From contig CM000208.1 of the NCBI GenBank assembly GCA_000002445.1, positions 3,232,001-3,296,000 of the forward strand: 64,000 bases of DNA, written 5' to 3'. Under the pieces are notes generated by a model. The model saw nothing but the letters and a program-made list of their open reading frames with translations. It did not search any database and had not been told where the DNA came from. Source of the DNA: Trypanosoma brucei (lineage: Eukaryota). Within the stretch, counting starts at the first letter, position 1; each line of letters starts with the position of its first letter. This document shows positions 31,940 through 44,515 of this stretch, piece by piece. The translations under genes and the position numbers were made by a program.

Positions 31940-32905
31940 GTGGTTGTTAACTTTATTCTCGTTGGTTTAAGGTAATTCAAGCAAAAGAAAAGTAAGAGGA
32001 GAAAGTCGTGGAGACATTTAGAGACAAAAAGACATATCAAGATGAGCGTAGCGATATCAAACATCCGACGGAAAGTAGGGCAGGTGCGAGGATTACTAAC
32101 AAAAAAAAACGATGCGTGAACTTCGACTGCAAAAATGTGTCGTAGCACGTTTGGAACACGTTATCCTTATTCTGACTACAGTTAATCAACGGCGCATCCA
32201 CTGGCGTACTCCTGCCACAATCTCGGACCGCCATAACCCTCCAGTCGGCGAATGCGTTTTATCTCTCTATCCTCATCCTCCAGCACTAGAGTTTTTTTTT
32301 TTGTGACCGCAGCATGGCGTACTTTGAAGCAGTGGGTAGCCAGGGAGGGGGAAGAGAGTTGTGACAGCCACCTCGCACCCGCAGGTATGCTGTATTTGCA
32401 CCTCCGACTTCTTAATCCCCCTAAAATGTACAGGACAATGTGGGGCTGATCGTCACCTCACCTCACTTCATCTCAACACACCCTCCCCACTACACGTGTT
32501 CATGAATAGGAGAGGAAAGTTACCATACACCGTGATGTCATACCTAGCACTCAATTCGCTGGCGACCCAAGCAAACAATGAAACCAAGGCATTGCAATGC
32601 ACAAAAACGATACGTAACCAAGGAAGGGTGCGGGGCACACACAATGTGCCTGGAGGTAACGTCCAACCGACACACAAGAGTTTTGGAAACTGCTTCTTGA
32701 TGTCCTCCAGCCCTTTTACACCCAAATGAAGGTGATAAACTTCCTCATTCCCCCGAAACATACAGTTCATATGAGACCAATTGATGAAAAACGAAGAGGT
32801 TGTGAACACATATGACCAACAATTAAATCCGTTTGCGCTGAGTCTTCACCTAAGGGGCGCTGACAGCCGTGAGAGACAAGGAATGCTTTGCAAAGCATTA
32901 CTTTC

Positions 32906-35125
32906 CTACTTGGGAGGGTTTAGAAGCTTCATCTCTTCGTACCGTGACCCCGGTTTGCGAGCGCCCCTGAAGGTTCCGTACGCACTCTCTGGACTCATCG
33001 GATGATGATCCTCCTCCCCTATGTCAACATATGCCGCGCCATCAGGATGATCCTTAGCCTCTATGGGTGACATCTCAAGGGACGTAACATTCAAAATCGT
33101 AGCGCCGTCATGTGACCTTCCTGCGGAGAGGCCGGCATTAAATGCACGGTTGTAATGGTTGTTAAAACTTTGATACCTATCGTACAACTCCCTCGGAATA
33201 CGGTAGAGGCGCGTGGGGTGCAACACCACTGCATCATAATCTGGGATGTAGCGCTGCAGTTGCAGTGCACCTTCCCCCAACCAGTCGAAAGAACGCTGCT
33301 TCAACAGGGAGTTGCAGGAGGCGACAAGTACCTCTACCCTACCACCCAGTATTAGGGTGAACACAGATGATTCAACACCATTACGATATAACACGGCGCG
33401 CTCCTCTGTGGCGCGGGAAATGAGATCATTTGTGGAATTCGGTGCGTCTCGTGTGCCTTCAGTGTTGCCCGCGATCACCGTGCCACTCAGAGGAGGGTAA
33501 GAATTAGAGGGAGCTTCACCGCTTGGTACGGGTGCAGGGAACGTGTACTGATCGATTCCGCACTCGTCAAGCAACATCTTTACATACCCTGGGTGCCAGA
33601 GGTAGAAAGGTGGAACCGAGCGGGTCAAGTAGTACGCAACAGCCCAAATCTGCGCCTCTGTCAGGGTGCCATCACTGCCGGGCTGTACGTAGTAGGAATA
33701 GAAGTTCACTCTTGGAACTTGTGCAGGCTCTGAAAGCGGGGGTGGAACGCCGCAGAGATCCAGCAGCACCTCTCTTTCCCCCAAAACACTGTTGGTGTGC
33801 GCTGGGAAGTCATAACTATCATACTCGTCGTATATTTCTCCCTTTATAAGGGTTTCTAGTACATCTTCTAGTGTCACAATACCAATGATTTCTGTGTCAC
33901 GTAAAGCGGTACACTGATTCAAAGTGACAGACATGCTCATACTAATATTCTCATCTGTCAGTAAACTAACGGTGTCTGTACCCGAGACAAACAGCATCTG
34001 CGTCTCCGCGTGCTGAAACATCCTCAGGACTGTTGGCAGGGGAGTGTCCTTGTGCACTGCAAGGGCTGTCCGTGCACTCCCGTTGACGAACTCACCGATT
34101 GTCAACGGCGTTGCACCTTCAATCAGCGGCGGCATCGACAGCAGGTCCTTCACAATCAGAACATCACGGTACCCTCCCAATGTCTCCTGCACGGGAATGC
34201 GAGACCGTCCGCTCCGCCACAGAGACTCAATCAAACACGGCGTGAGAACATCATCCACCCTCACGGTGGTCACATCTTCCATAGGCTTCATAATGTCGCA
34301 GACTTTCCTCTCCTGGAAGTCCATCGCGGCAATGAGCAGCTTCAGTTCAGACGTTGCGAGGCCACTGCGCTCACCGTGCGCTTCACAATGTAGAATCATT
34401 AGCTTCCGCAGTTCATTGCGATCGTATATTTGACCAGCGTCGTGCGGCACCAAGCGGTCCAACAGTAGACCCAGTGGCATTGCTACGGGATAAACAAGGA
34501 CCCTTGCCACACGCACCACTGAGCACCCCGCCGCTGCAATTGCCAATGAATACTTGGACTTGCATATGGACATAGGGACGATCTCGGTAAAGATAAGAAT
34601 AAGTAAGGTGCTTACAGCAAACAATGCGATGCCTGGTGCACCGCCATTATCCTTGCACGCTCCACTGATATAGCTGAACTTACAGAGCAGCTCTGTGAGG
34701 GCGCCTAGCTGTTGCACCACGATAACATTCATGAGCATATTCGAGATGATAAGCGTGCAGAGAGTCACATGGCCCTGGCGGCGCAGAGGAAGTATCCGTG
34801 AGGCGTGCGTCCTGTCCGGCTCTCGACCACTACTTGCAATTATGCTCAACGTCAGCGTGTCCATGCACAAAATACCGATGGTTAGCCCGGCAAATATGGC
34901 GGAGAACGAGAGACACACCAATATTAAGATTACGTGGTCCAAGATGGTGTAAATATGCCTTTCCGTTTTGCGAATAGAGGCACCGCCAGAAGAGCTTGAC
35001 TCAGGCTCTTCTATGCCGTGCTCCCTAGCAGCTGCGACAAGGGGCAGCTTGACCACATGAAGCAGCAGTAGAAACAGAACCCCAGAAAGGATAGCGCGCG
35101 AACATCGCCTTACGCCAAATACCAT
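32906..35125 (-). CDS. CNNM/ACDP-family putative Mg2+ transporter: DUF21 (CorC/CNNM) transmembrane domain plus CBS pair
   Basis: 739-aa ORF with a true ATG and a signal-like N-terminus. The DUF21 region ILVCLSFSAIFAGLTIGILCMDTLTL...VTLCTLIISNMLMNVIVV is followed by CBS-type repeats (DIMKPMEDVTTVRVDD...; GIVTLEDVLETLIKGEIYDE) and a long C-terminal cytosolic region, as in CNNM proteins. Confidence 0.8.
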   Translation of the reverse strand: MVFGVRRCSRAILSGVLFLLLLHVVKLPLVAAAREHGIEEPESSSSGGASIRKTERHIYTILDHVILILVCLSFSAIFAGLTIGILCMDTLTLSIIASSGREPDRTHASRILPLRRQGHVTLCTLIISNMLMNVIVVQQLGALTELLCKFSYISGACKDNGGAPGIALFAVSTLLILIFTEIVPMSICKSKYSLAIAAAGCSVVRVARVLVYPVAMPLGLLLDRLVPHDAGQIYDRNELRKLMILHCEAHGERSGLATSELKLLIAAMDFQERKVCDIMKPMEDVTTVRVDDVLTPCLIESLWRSGRSRIPVQETLGGYRDVLIVKDLLSMPPLIEGATPLTIGEFVNGSARTALAVHKDTPLPTVLRMFQHAETQMLFVSGTDTVSLLTDENISMSMSVTLNQCTALRDTEIIGIVTLEDVLETLIKGEIYDEYDSYDFPAHTNSVLGEREVLLDLCGVPPPLSEPAQVPRVNFYSYYVQPGSDGTLTEAQIWAVAYYLTRSVPPFYLWHPGYVKMLLDECGIDQYTFPAPVPSGEAPSNSYPPLSGTVIAGNTEGTRDAPNSTNDLISRATEERAVLYRNGVESSVFTLILGGRVEVLVASCNSLLKQRSFDWLGEGALQLQRYIPDYDAVVLHPTRLYRIPRELYDRYQSFNNHYNRAFNAGLSAGRSHDGATILNVTSLEMSPIEAKDHPDGAAYVDIGEEDHHPMSPESAYGTFRGARKPGSRYEEMKLLNPPK

Positions 35126-35947
35126 TAAAATTTTTAATAAGTTAACTTTCCTTCGCTTCCTTTCGCTCCACTCTCAGTTACCAATCCCGATCATCGGTTG
35201 AAGAAAGAACCTTGGTATATAAAGCATGGAGACACGATACAACTGCGTGCGGTAGTGGTCCCATCTACACGTCAGAGAGACGTTGAACGCAACAAGGGAG
35301 AAGTTATTACGGAACAACAAGAAATATTTACGGAGTCAAAGCCACCACTGGCGCCGGCCACCTACCAGTCCTCGTGGTGGTACCCGCTGAGGAAATCTCA
35401 GCGCCGCAACCCTCATATGCTCACATGAAGAGAAGCACATTTATATATAACATAAGTAAAAATATATGTGCTCTTCCCTTGCTTCTTCATTTTGCGCTCT
35501 TGTTACGGCGTTGTTCTTTATGTTATCATTTTTTTTTTTGTAAAACAGCACCTGCTTATCTACACCGCGAAAATAAATATGGAAGGGGGGACGGGCCGTC
35601 ACCCGCCAATCAGTCATGCGGTGCCAGCACTGATGCCGTAACAGGTCGTAATTACCACCACCACTACCAGACGCTTTCAACTCCTTTCCTTCCCTCTCCC
35701 AAGAACCTTTGCGCAAATACGATTAGATGCATGTCCTCATTTGCTTACGTTTCTTCATTCAATCCTTTCGCCCCCTCCCCTCTTGCCCTCTAATTAATTT
35801 TCTTCTTCCTCATTTCTCACTTTTTAGTTACTTAGATATCACTGCATTTTCTCCAAGTGGATTAGGATGGACGCCACACACACAGTGAAATGATAAACAA
35901 GAATAGAAAAAACAAAAATCTGTAGAAGAAACAATTCACGGTAAAAT

Positions 35948-35984
35948 AATAAATGGCATATATATATATATATATATATATATT
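35948..35984. repeat. (TA)n microsatellite, about 18 units
   Basis: Direct read in the intergenic region between the CNNM and PP5 genes. Confidence 0.95.
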
Positions 35985-36588
35985 GCAATCTGACAAAGGA
36001 CAAACACACAACGAAGACAGCGGCAACTGGAGATTGAGAAAGGAGTAGCTTCAGGTGGTATGTGCATTTCATATGGACAATAGTGTGAAAAATGCACGAA
36101 ACAGGTCCCCATAAACCAGCCCCTACAGCCGTCCGATGGAGAAATCGAATAGGGGAGATACAAACGGCTGCGAGCCACTTAGACATTGATTAGGCACAGG
36201 TGAGCCAACAAACTATAAGAATAGGAAAAGAAGAACAAGCACGAGAGTGAAATACAACCCCTGTTAGTGGTGATGTTATTTTTTCCCCCCATCCCACTTC
36301 AAGTAGTGCACTTGACCTAATAGTTGCAGAACGCACCTCCTGCGCACGGAAGATGTCTGAAGAACAGAGGCCCCAACGAATGGACGATGACTGTGCAGGA
36401 AGAGAAGGCATATCTCAACGATGCTTACACACATGCATATATACACAAATACACATGCATATACGCATCCTAACTAATATATTTCCCAATGATATTTCCC
36501 CCGCCGCCCCTTGTCACGGGTGCATTGGCTTTGGTCACAGCTCTCCCCTGCGATGTCTCGCTTTCCCTCCATTCCTTTTTACTCTTCC

Positions 36589-38008
36589 TCAAAACAGGCC
36601 AAATCCTGTGGCGTAATGCATTGGCCGTTTCCCAGGATGCGGCACGTGCGTGAATGTTGTGAATCTTGGTTTCATGTCACCGCCGGTAAAACGGATGAAT
36701 GCTCCCTTGTTGCCCATTTGGTCACAATAGTTTGGTGCGCTGAAGACTGTAATGCATTTGCCACCGTGTTCTATCTCGTACCCCTCGTCCTTTACCTCAT
36801 GAGAGCGTACGAGCAGTTTAAGGTTGTTATTGTTTAGGAACGTCTCGGTTACGTCCGGCCCGAAAGACAGGCAGCTCACCCCACGCTTACTTGGGGCTCG
36901 CCCAGGCATCGGCTGTGGATCGGACCACAGGCTTTCGCAGATTAGACCGCTCTCAGGTATATCACGGAATCGGTTAGGGTGTTGCAGGTCATCCAATGTC
37001 ACCTTATCCGAGGAGTAAAGACCGCCGTGCACTACAAACACCTCGTTGTTAATAATGTGACCGATTGGAAGACTGTTGAATACCTCCGTGAAGAGGCGAA
37101 ACATTTCGCTGTTGTACTTTTGGGTTACTTCCCCTTCAAACCCATACATTCGGTTCATGGAAACACCCTCATGGTTCCCACGAGATAAGAAAAAGTGATC
37201 CGGGTAAAGTACTTTGTACGCAAACAGCGTCATGATATTTTCAAATGAGTACGAACCGCGGTCCACAAAGTCACCGTTGAAAAGGTACCGGTTCGTTTCC
37301 AAGGGATTCCCGTTCAACTTGAATATATTGAGGAGATCGTAATACTGCCCGTGCGTGTCACCACACACTGTTATTTCTTCACCAACTGGCACGTTGATGG
37401 ACACAAAGTTAGGGCATTTTTTCAGAATCTTCTGCACCTCCAACAGGATAAATATGACGTCGTGCCGGTCAATGAGTTTCTCTAACCTGAAATGCTCCTT
37501 CATCGCTTCCACGAATTCTACGGTGACGGTTTCATTTTCGATACGAGGCCCATCGTAATCAGCACGCACACTGCCCAGTTTAATTGTCTGCGACAGAGGT
37601 GCCTCGTCTGGAGTCATAATGGCATTTTCAAAGTTGATTCGGCGTATTTCCTTCTTACAAAACTCCACCTTCGCCTGCGCATCGGAATTTTGTGGTGCCA
37701 AATCCACAACTTTCTTGTAGTTTGTCAGCGCCTGCTTGTGTTTTCCAAGGCTCAGATACGCGGATGCCTTGTGGTAATAGGCCTTTGCGAAGGTTGGCTC
37801 TATCCCTAACGCCGCATCAGCGTCAGCAAGCGCCGCACCGGGAAGCTCAGCTCTAAGCTCTGCAAGTGCACGGTTGCAAAACAATGTTGGCGTTTTTGTC
37901 AGTTCGATAGCCTTCGTATACATGTCAATGGCAAGGTGCCACTTGCGCTCACTAAAGGCTGCGTTTCCCAGCTGCTTCAGCTTGTCTGCTTCCTCTACCC
38001 CGGCCATC
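36589..38008 (-). CDS. PP5: Serine/threonine protein phosphatase 5 (TPR domain plus PPP catalytic domain)
   Basis: True start is the ATG at 38008..38006 (MAGVEEADKLKQLGNAAF...). The track ORF extends 110 codons upstream through a (TA)n tract (YIYIYIY). Three TPR repeats are followed by PPP signatures GDTHGQYYDL, GDFVDRG, GNHE and SAPNYC. Confidence 0.9.
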
Positions 38009-38076
38009 GCAACACGACCTTCCAGCCAATGCTTCAAGAAGCAAAGGAAAAGAAAGAACACGTATTTAGCTGAGTC

Positions 38077-38099
38077 ATATATATATATATATATATATA
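38077..38099. repeat. (AT)n microsatellite, about 11 units, about 70 nt upstream of the PP5 ATG
   Basis: Direct read. Lies just 5' of the polypyrimidine tract and AG preceding PP5. Confidence 0.95.
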
Positions 38100-38824
38100 C
38101 AATAATCATAGTAATAGAGAGGATATGCAAAGAGAATGATTTAAAGAATGCTAATGTGTTGGCATTTGCACGCACTCTCTCGGAAAAGTTGATAATGACC
38201 CCCCGTTCCCGCCACCGGCCAGTCCCTAACGCGAAGCTGTGGTGACCCACTTTGCATCCATGGCGCGTTAATAGAGGGAGGAAGGTGAGACCAGCAAAGC
38301 ACGCCTGAGAAATAGGAAATGAGTCGAGGAACTTCAAATAGTCGAAACCAACCCCACATGCATTACGGCAACCACGAAACGGAAGACTTCCTCGAGAACT
38401 CTACACTGCTAAAAAAAAACGTAAAAAGACAGCCGTCAGTAACGGCGGTTAGAGGGCCTCTCAAAACGACTTCCCGTGTTGCGACCCTAATCATGAAACA
38501 CAAGATCATCAAGATCCCAAATCTCCGAGGCACACACGCCCACCACCGTAAACAACATACGTATACATACACATATGAGCGAAACCGACAACATCACGTG
38601 TGGGGGACCTCACAAAAATAGTTTTGGGAATCACGAAGAGCAGCATCTGTCGGCACATGCAATAAGTAACCCACACAGTCGTGGACCTCCCAGCACCGCC
38701 TCAATTACAGTAAATTAACGTGAGGAAGTAAGGTCCTCCGGAATGTAGAGAAAAATCGTCGTAGCAAGAACCTGCGGCTGCACGCCAACCGTAGTCCACA
38801 TGTGTGGGCTAAAGATGTTTCGGC

Positions 38825-40915
38825 CTACACAACGCCCATGCTACCGTTAACGGGCGTTGCACCATAGGTGGGGTGTGCAAAGTTGGTTGTGTTGTAGTAT
38901 TGGCAATCGAAAAATCGCTCTAGCTCACCGCGCTGCAGCCGCTCCGTTGTTTCCTCAAGCGCGTCAAATACGTAGTCTGGGAAGTGGTTGGAAAACATCG
39001 ATGGGGAGCACACCACGGTTTGCACGTCGTCCGGAGTCTCGAATGTAGGGACAAACACGTTCTCCCGCTTGCTACAACAACAACATGGGATGCAGCAACA
39101 GCTTTTAGGAGTCCACCGCACCACGGCCTTGCGTAGGTGCACCAGCGTATATGGGGGAAACAGTTTCCTCTGATCCATAGGGAGTACGCACGCTTTGGAC
39201 TGCAACTGCGCTCGCACTGCCCTGCTTTCCTCTGAAGATAACGGTTCACACCTGCCCGCCGAGCTGTTCCGCCTTCCTAGAATGCATCTGTTCGCGAAAA
39301 TCAACGGTTTCGACATGTTGCAGCTCTCCAGCACGTCCAGCACTGATTCCCGGAGATCGTCAAAAGTGTGAGAGGCCGTCCGTGGGATTACATCGTTTCC
39401 GACAAAGCAGGCTAAGATAAAATCTTTGCTGTAGTGCGCAAGAGCCGGTGACATCAGCCCCCCAGGTGGTGAATACGCAAGGCATCGCAACCGCTCCCGT
39501 ACGCCCTCTTCTGTGGCGTAGAGCAAGATGCTAAGTACCGCGGCAACACCAGCACCAAGCGAGTGCCCCAGGACGACGAGTCTGTAGCTATTGAGCCCAC
39601 CATGCAGCACCGCCTCGAGCACACCCGACTCCCTCAGCTCGCGCAACACGTATTCAGCAGACCGTTTTATCCCCCCGTGAACATAATAGTCGTTGGCGCA
39701 CGCGCGTTCACTATTCGCCAGATCGGGAATAAACAGTGGCTCCGGGGTAGCCGTCACATCGGTTATGCAGTCGACAAATGAGAGCGTCCCACGGATTGCA
39801 ACAACAATGGATGCCGTCTCTCGGTCCAAAGCGACGTAGAACACAGGGCGAAAGAGAGCATTCCTCCAATTAGAAAGGATAATATCTTCCTCTGCAAGGC
39901 CACTCACCTTGAGGGCAGCCGTCAGATCGCAGAAGCAACCCGCCCCCTGGTGCGAGTTTGCACGCTTGCGGCAGCACATCTTTGGGTCGCTGCAGCACAA
40001 CTTCGGTAGGCCAGTACAGAGGTTCATATGAAGATACAGAAGACACCCATAAGCGGCCATGTAAAAACGGCTGTACTGCCGCAGTTCCACCACACACTGC
40101 CGTTGCTGTGAGGTTAGCAAAGGGAAGTAGCGGGCCTGGCTACTAACGCGCTCTTTGCACCCATCATCTGGTGGCGGAAAGCGAACGTGCGCCACACGCT
40201 CAAGAAGCACCCGCCGCTGTGCGTCGTGTAGCAGGATCATGCCCGCAAATATGTCGCTGGGCACCAAATCATAACCTTGAAAGAACGCAGCTAGAGTAGC
40301 TGCTGCATCCTCAAACACGTCATCGTCGTCTTCTGCTGGACGGAAGCAACAGCAACAAAGGAGGCGACACCGCCTGCCCCACAACATCTTGTACTCCTCT
40401 GAGTCCCCCCACTTGCGACCCCCATTGGGGTCGAATGAAAGGAGGAGGGAGATGACATGCAGCAGCGAAACCACGATATTGACGAGCAGAGATGCGTACA
40501 GGGAGCGTCTTGAAAATGGATCGCACATTTTCATAAACCCGTCATACAAGGAATACTTCAAAACAACGGAACTGAGCGGCAAACAACTTAGCGCCGTTGC
40601 TGTCGTCAAATAAAGAAGCGTGCCCACATGACGCCGCTTCGACACATGGAATGGACCACCACGACAACTCAGCAACGCACTAGCAAGGTGAAACGAAGCG
40701 CCAACACAGCTGATGATTCCAAGGGCGTACACACACCGTTCGTATTTTGGAGGAACTCCTGGGCATCCCTTCATGTCAACACTGAACCATCCGCCAAAGC
40801 GCGATAGTATAAGGGTCCCACTAGTAGTGAGAGCGGAGAAAAATACGAAGCTGGATAGAAAAAAATCATCAGTTCCAGTGCGCCACTTCCTTCCTAACCA
40901 TTGCAACGCCGGCAT
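38825..40915 (-). CDS. Membrane-anchored class-3 lipase (diacylglycerol-lipase-like, alpha/beta hydrolase)
   Basis: 696-aa ORF with a true ATG. Several N-terminal hydrophobic helices are followed by a lipase_3 core with the nucleophile elbow VLGHSLGAGVAAVLSILL and the upstream IVVAIRGTLS motif, the architecture of sn-1 DAG lipases. Confidence 0.7.
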   Translation of the reverse strand: MPALQWLGRKWRTGTDDFFLSSFVFFSALTTSGTLILSRFGGWFSVDMKGCPGVPPKYERCVYALGIISCVGASFHLASALLSCRGGPFHVSKRRHVGTLLYLTTATALSCLPLSSVVLKYSLYDGFMKMCDPFSRRSLYASLLVNIVVSLLHVISLLLSFDPNGGRKWGDSEEYKMLWGRRCRLLCCCCFRPAEDDDDVFEDAAATLAAFFQGYDLVPSDIFAGMILLHDAQRRVLLERVAHVRFPPPDDGCKERVSSQARYFPLLTSQQRQCVVELRQYSRFYMAAYGCLLYLHMNLCTGLPKLCCSDPKMCCRKRANSHQGAGCFCDLTAALKVSGLAEEDIILSNWRNALFRPVFYVALDRETASIVVAIRGTLSFVDCITDVTATPEPLFIPDLANSERACANDYYVHGGIKRSAEYVLRELRESGVLEAVLHGGLNSYRLVVLGHSLGAGVAAVLSILLYATEEGVRERLRCLAYSPPGGLMSPALAHYSKDFILACFVGNDVIPRTASHTFDDLRESVLDVLESCNMSKPLIFANRCILGRRNSSAGRCEPLSSEESRAVRAQLQSKACVLPMDQRKLFPPYTLVHLRKAVVRWTPKSCCCIPCCCCSKRENVFVPTFETPDDVQTVVCSPSMFSNHFPDYVFDALEETTERLQRGELERFFDCQYYNTTNFAHPTYGATPVNGSMGVV

Positions 40916-42631
40916 TCTACGAAATAGACGTGAGGAGAAGAACGCAAACTTTCAATAACTGCAAGAATGGACACACCAGCGTGTTAAGCAACCAGTGGAT
41001 GCAGCAGAACCCTGGTACACCATGCACAATAACCCCCCGAGTAAAAGCAACATTAATGGCTAAACCGAAACCCAGTGGCTGTCATTCACCACCGCTCAAC
41101 GCAAAATGCACCCTTCCCGACTTACGGTAGACGGCAAATAAAGTATCAGCAACATCATATGAATTAGAACAGTGTCCCAGGTAGATATTGCACCATGCCT
41201 CGTCCGTGTGGCAACTTAAAGTGCGACACGCAGCGGGCATATTAACAACCGAGCATTAACATAACCATAGCACATGTGTACGCAAGTACGAGCAAGCACA
41301 ACAAACACCTGGTGGCACAATAAGGAATATCACAGGGAAGAAACTAGAAGAAAGGAGGATAGACGGTGTGTACACAAGGCACCGACATACTCGCCTCGCC
41401 TCTTGGAAAGCCACCACCCACAACGCACCACCAAAAAGGCATGCCGTGGCTACGGGCCTCCTCAGAAATAGAAGGTAACACTGAAGAAACAGCAATGGGG
41501 GAAATTACTGCAGGTACGTGTCAGTCAAGTACAGCACTCTCGCTGAAAGCGTTGGTATCAATCAGCACTAAGTTGTCACTCAGTCGCGCACTACAACTTC
41601 TGTCCTCATACACAGCCATGCAGCAGAACATCTCCACCACATGTATCACCCCACAATGCATGCAAAGCACGGTGTGGGGCGGTTGTATGGGCGTCGATAC
41701 AGCAACAGTGAATAAAGATGCAGTGTAAACACACATAGCAGGAAGGAGTTAGGGACGGTAAATGCCGGTACAATCAACACCGCTGCTCAACATTTGTACA
41801 CATTCAAGAGTCCTCATTGGATGTGTCGGTCCGCCTGTCGTTAGACAGTTTCTCATCGTCGCAGCGGTGTCGTGCCCATAACATGTCACATTTCGCATAG
41901 TCCAATGATCCAAGAGTCAAAAGAGAAGGGAAAAAAGAGTAACGAGGGGAAGAAGGGAGGAATCAGATAGATTGGTAAACGCAAAGTTGGTTTCTCGCTC
42001 ATGATGGGTCGTCAGTGCGCACTACAACTGCAGTCACATCACGCAGAGTAAACGCTATTGGAATATCTCCGCCTCCTGAAATCGCCCCACAACGATTTCT
42101 GCACATGTGAGGCGTTAGACAGAGACGTTGTACTTGATATCAGTGTAAAATAAGGACCATGTTGGCACGGAAAAGACAAGACAATGCAGTTGTCATGACA
42201 TCTTTTCACTGATGCATCCCCTATTCGCATAACTGTTACGTAAACATAATCACACATTACTCATAACACAAGTTGCTAGGACAAGCGACTTCACTACACG
42301 GTGTTGCTACGGAAACATACCTCACTGTGCTAACATACACTGCATCAGAATGCGATTACATGCATCTCAGCGTCACCTGGAAATCTGGGATACAATCGCA
42401 TCATACACTTGTCTAGTTTCGTAAGCAATGAGTTCTTGGTCACATACCACAGGTAATGTACTCTCTCAAATGAAAATATTGTGATGAGCACCGCTCGAGT
42501 ATTCTGCAATGATTCCGTTTGTCGACTCACAATGTGACGATGGAAAAGAATGAGGATATCAAGTTATTGCATTTTAGGTTTTCATGTCAACTAGAAAATC
42601 AGAGAGCCGACACCACATCCCCTCAGTATCT

Positions 42632-44515
42632 CTACGCAACTAGCTCCGTATCCATTGCCTTCACCGCCGGAATACAATATTCAAATGAAAGCAGAACAAT
42701 ACCAATATCCCACGCGTCGTCACAGGGCCCCAAGTTGTTTTCGTGTATAAACGGTAATTCACATTTTTGGTTCGGTATTTGTGAGGTGCGCTTGGAACGG
42801 CTCCGTCCAACTTCAATTAATCCCTCATAAACGCCAGGCTGTAGGTGAGAAACTCTCGTTACCATTTCACCACTGTTGAGTGAATAAGGTGTACGGTTAG
42901 TTTCTACAACATGTGGCATGTGTTGGTCCTCAGTTCCGGGGATGCATAACGTTGCAGGGGAATCTTTTGCGTCTGCAAGTGGCGACAGTGCCTCACAATA
43001 GGGGAGAGGGTGACCACAGCACCCAATAAAACTGTTGATGAAGGAAGCCGCGGAGCACTTTGATGAAATAGATAAAAATATATCAATAACTTGCTTTAAG
43101 AAGTCACATTCGACTGAAGTTTGCTTGCAATGCTCACTGGACCAGGAGTACATCATTTCCACGGCTGCGTTGATTTCAACAAAAAGTAAAGGTTTTTTAT
43201 CTCGGTGAAGAGAGTCTGTTGAAGGCAATGAAACGCGACCAAAGTTTACCGTCACGTGCTGATGTGGAAATACACGCCATTCCCCCAACTCTTGGAGAAC
43301 AAAGATGACTCCTCCACAAAGAGGTCCTTCCTGCCGGGAAGCAGACACCACATTTTCCGTATTTCCATATTCGGGTATAAAGCATGCCCCCACAAGAGAC
43401 TCATTGGAAATAGGGTATCTTTGCAACACCTCAGCTTCAGAAAGGACAAACCACGGAGGGCAGAGATGCAAGAAGAAACCGCAACAGTCAAAGTGAAAAG
43501 GAAGATTGCGTACCGTGCCACCATGTCGCAAGCATAGTTTGCGTTCGGATATTTCGGTCATTGTGAACCAACAGCATGGCGTTGAAGCTAAGTGGATTTG
43601 GGCATCATCATTTTCCTCCATATCTTCATTGTCCATACGATTCTCAAGCTGTACAGGCTCTCCTGTAGCAGCCCAGTAGTTCAGGACCCGGCCTGCATGA
43701 AACGAAGAGTAATTAGCGGAATAACGTCTCTGATTTGCCCGATCACTGAAATCCACATTCATCAATGTGATATCCTCCTCAACATGAAATTGGTGAATGT
43801 CTTGCATTCGTGGAAGGAAATATTTTGAAAACGGTCCACGAAACGGAACAATCCATGCACGCCAATAACCAGTTGAATCGGAACTAGAAGCTGGCAGCTC
43901 TATCTCTGAGGACGAAAAAATATCATCAAAAAACCATCCATCTTTCTCCCACACAATATGACCTGAATAAGGTGTCTCCACAGCAGAAACTGTCGAGACA
44001 GATTCAGCAGCAAGTGATGGTTTGCTTTCCAATGCTGCTACCATATTCTGATCCATTAGATTTGATCCTTTAGACAGTTGGTGAAGAAACTGCAACCCTC
44101 CTTCGGTGCGTCGGAGCTCTTTCTGAAGCAAACGAGTCCTCATACAATCAGCAATATTCAGCCGCTGTTCGCAACGAAAGAGTTGAATAATGATTGGTGT
44201 CGGTGATGCACCGGGAACCTCCGAGGGTTCCACGCTAACCTTCGTAGTAGACAACAGCAATGACTGAGCGGAACTGCTCCCCACACACCAATCACGCATT
44301 GATGGAACAGGGTTTGCTGAAATCGTGGGGTACCTGAAATTCCCGTCATTTATATAATTCAGAAGCGTTTCTTGCACCCCTTCCGGACAGTAGTAGCAAG
44401 GCGTAGCAGACAGAGGCAAAAGGGAATTCGGCGCCACGGTGGGACATCGTGTCTCTCCTGTTCTCTTAAGAAAATCTCCCCTCTTCCGCAATACAATATA
44501 CCCCCATCGCAGCAT
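42632..44515 (-). CDS. Conserved hypothetical protein
   Basis: The track ORF starts at 44686, but its first 57 codons run through (TA)n/T-rich sequence and a pyrimidine tract plus AG (TTTATTTCCTTCCATAG). The first ATG after that acceptor is at 44515..44513 (MLRWGYIVLRKRGD...). No domain recognised; Cys-rich C-terminal half. Confidence 0.5.
   Translation of the reverse strand: MLRWGYIVLRKRGDFLKRTGETRCPTVAPNSLLPLSATPCYYCPEGVQETLLNYINDGNFRYPTISANPVPSMRDWCVGSSSAQSLLLSTTKVSVEPSEVPGASPTPIIIQLFRCEQRLNIADCMRTRLLQKELRRTEGGLQFLHQLSKGSNLMDQNMVAALESKPSLAAESVSTVSAVETPYSGHIVWEKDGWFFDDIFSSSEIELPASSSDSTGYWRAWIVPFRGPFSKYFLPRMQDIHQFHVEEDITLMNVDFSDRANQRRYSANYSSFHAGRVLNYWAATGEPVQLENRMDNEDMEENDDAQIHLASTPCCWFTMTEISERKLCLRHGGTVRNLPFHFDCCGFFLHLCPPWFVLSEAEVLQRYPISNESLVGACFIPEYGNTENVVSASRQEGPLCGGVIFVLQELGEWRVFPHQHVTVNFGRVSLPSTDSLHRDKKPLLFVEINAAVEMMYSWSSEHCKQTSVECDFLKQVIDIFLSISSKCSAASFINSFIGCCGHPLPYCEALSPLADAKDSPATLCIPGTEDQHMPHVVETNRTPYSLNSGEMVTRVSHLQPGVYEGLIEVGRSRSKRTSQIPNQKCELPFIHENNLGPCDDAWDIGIVLLSFEYCIPAVKAMDTELVA

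Noticed and set aside
36589-38337. Full 582-aa ORF-track model for PP5 (and similar long N-terminal extensions for MVD, the 1027-aa protein, the L7-like gene and 42632..44686)
   Set aside because: The extensions read through (TA)n and poly-pyrimidine spacer (for example YIYIYIY) and are not conserved-looking. Several track ORFs start at GTG or TTG, not ATG. Starts were moved to the first ATG downstream of the poly-Y/AG signal.
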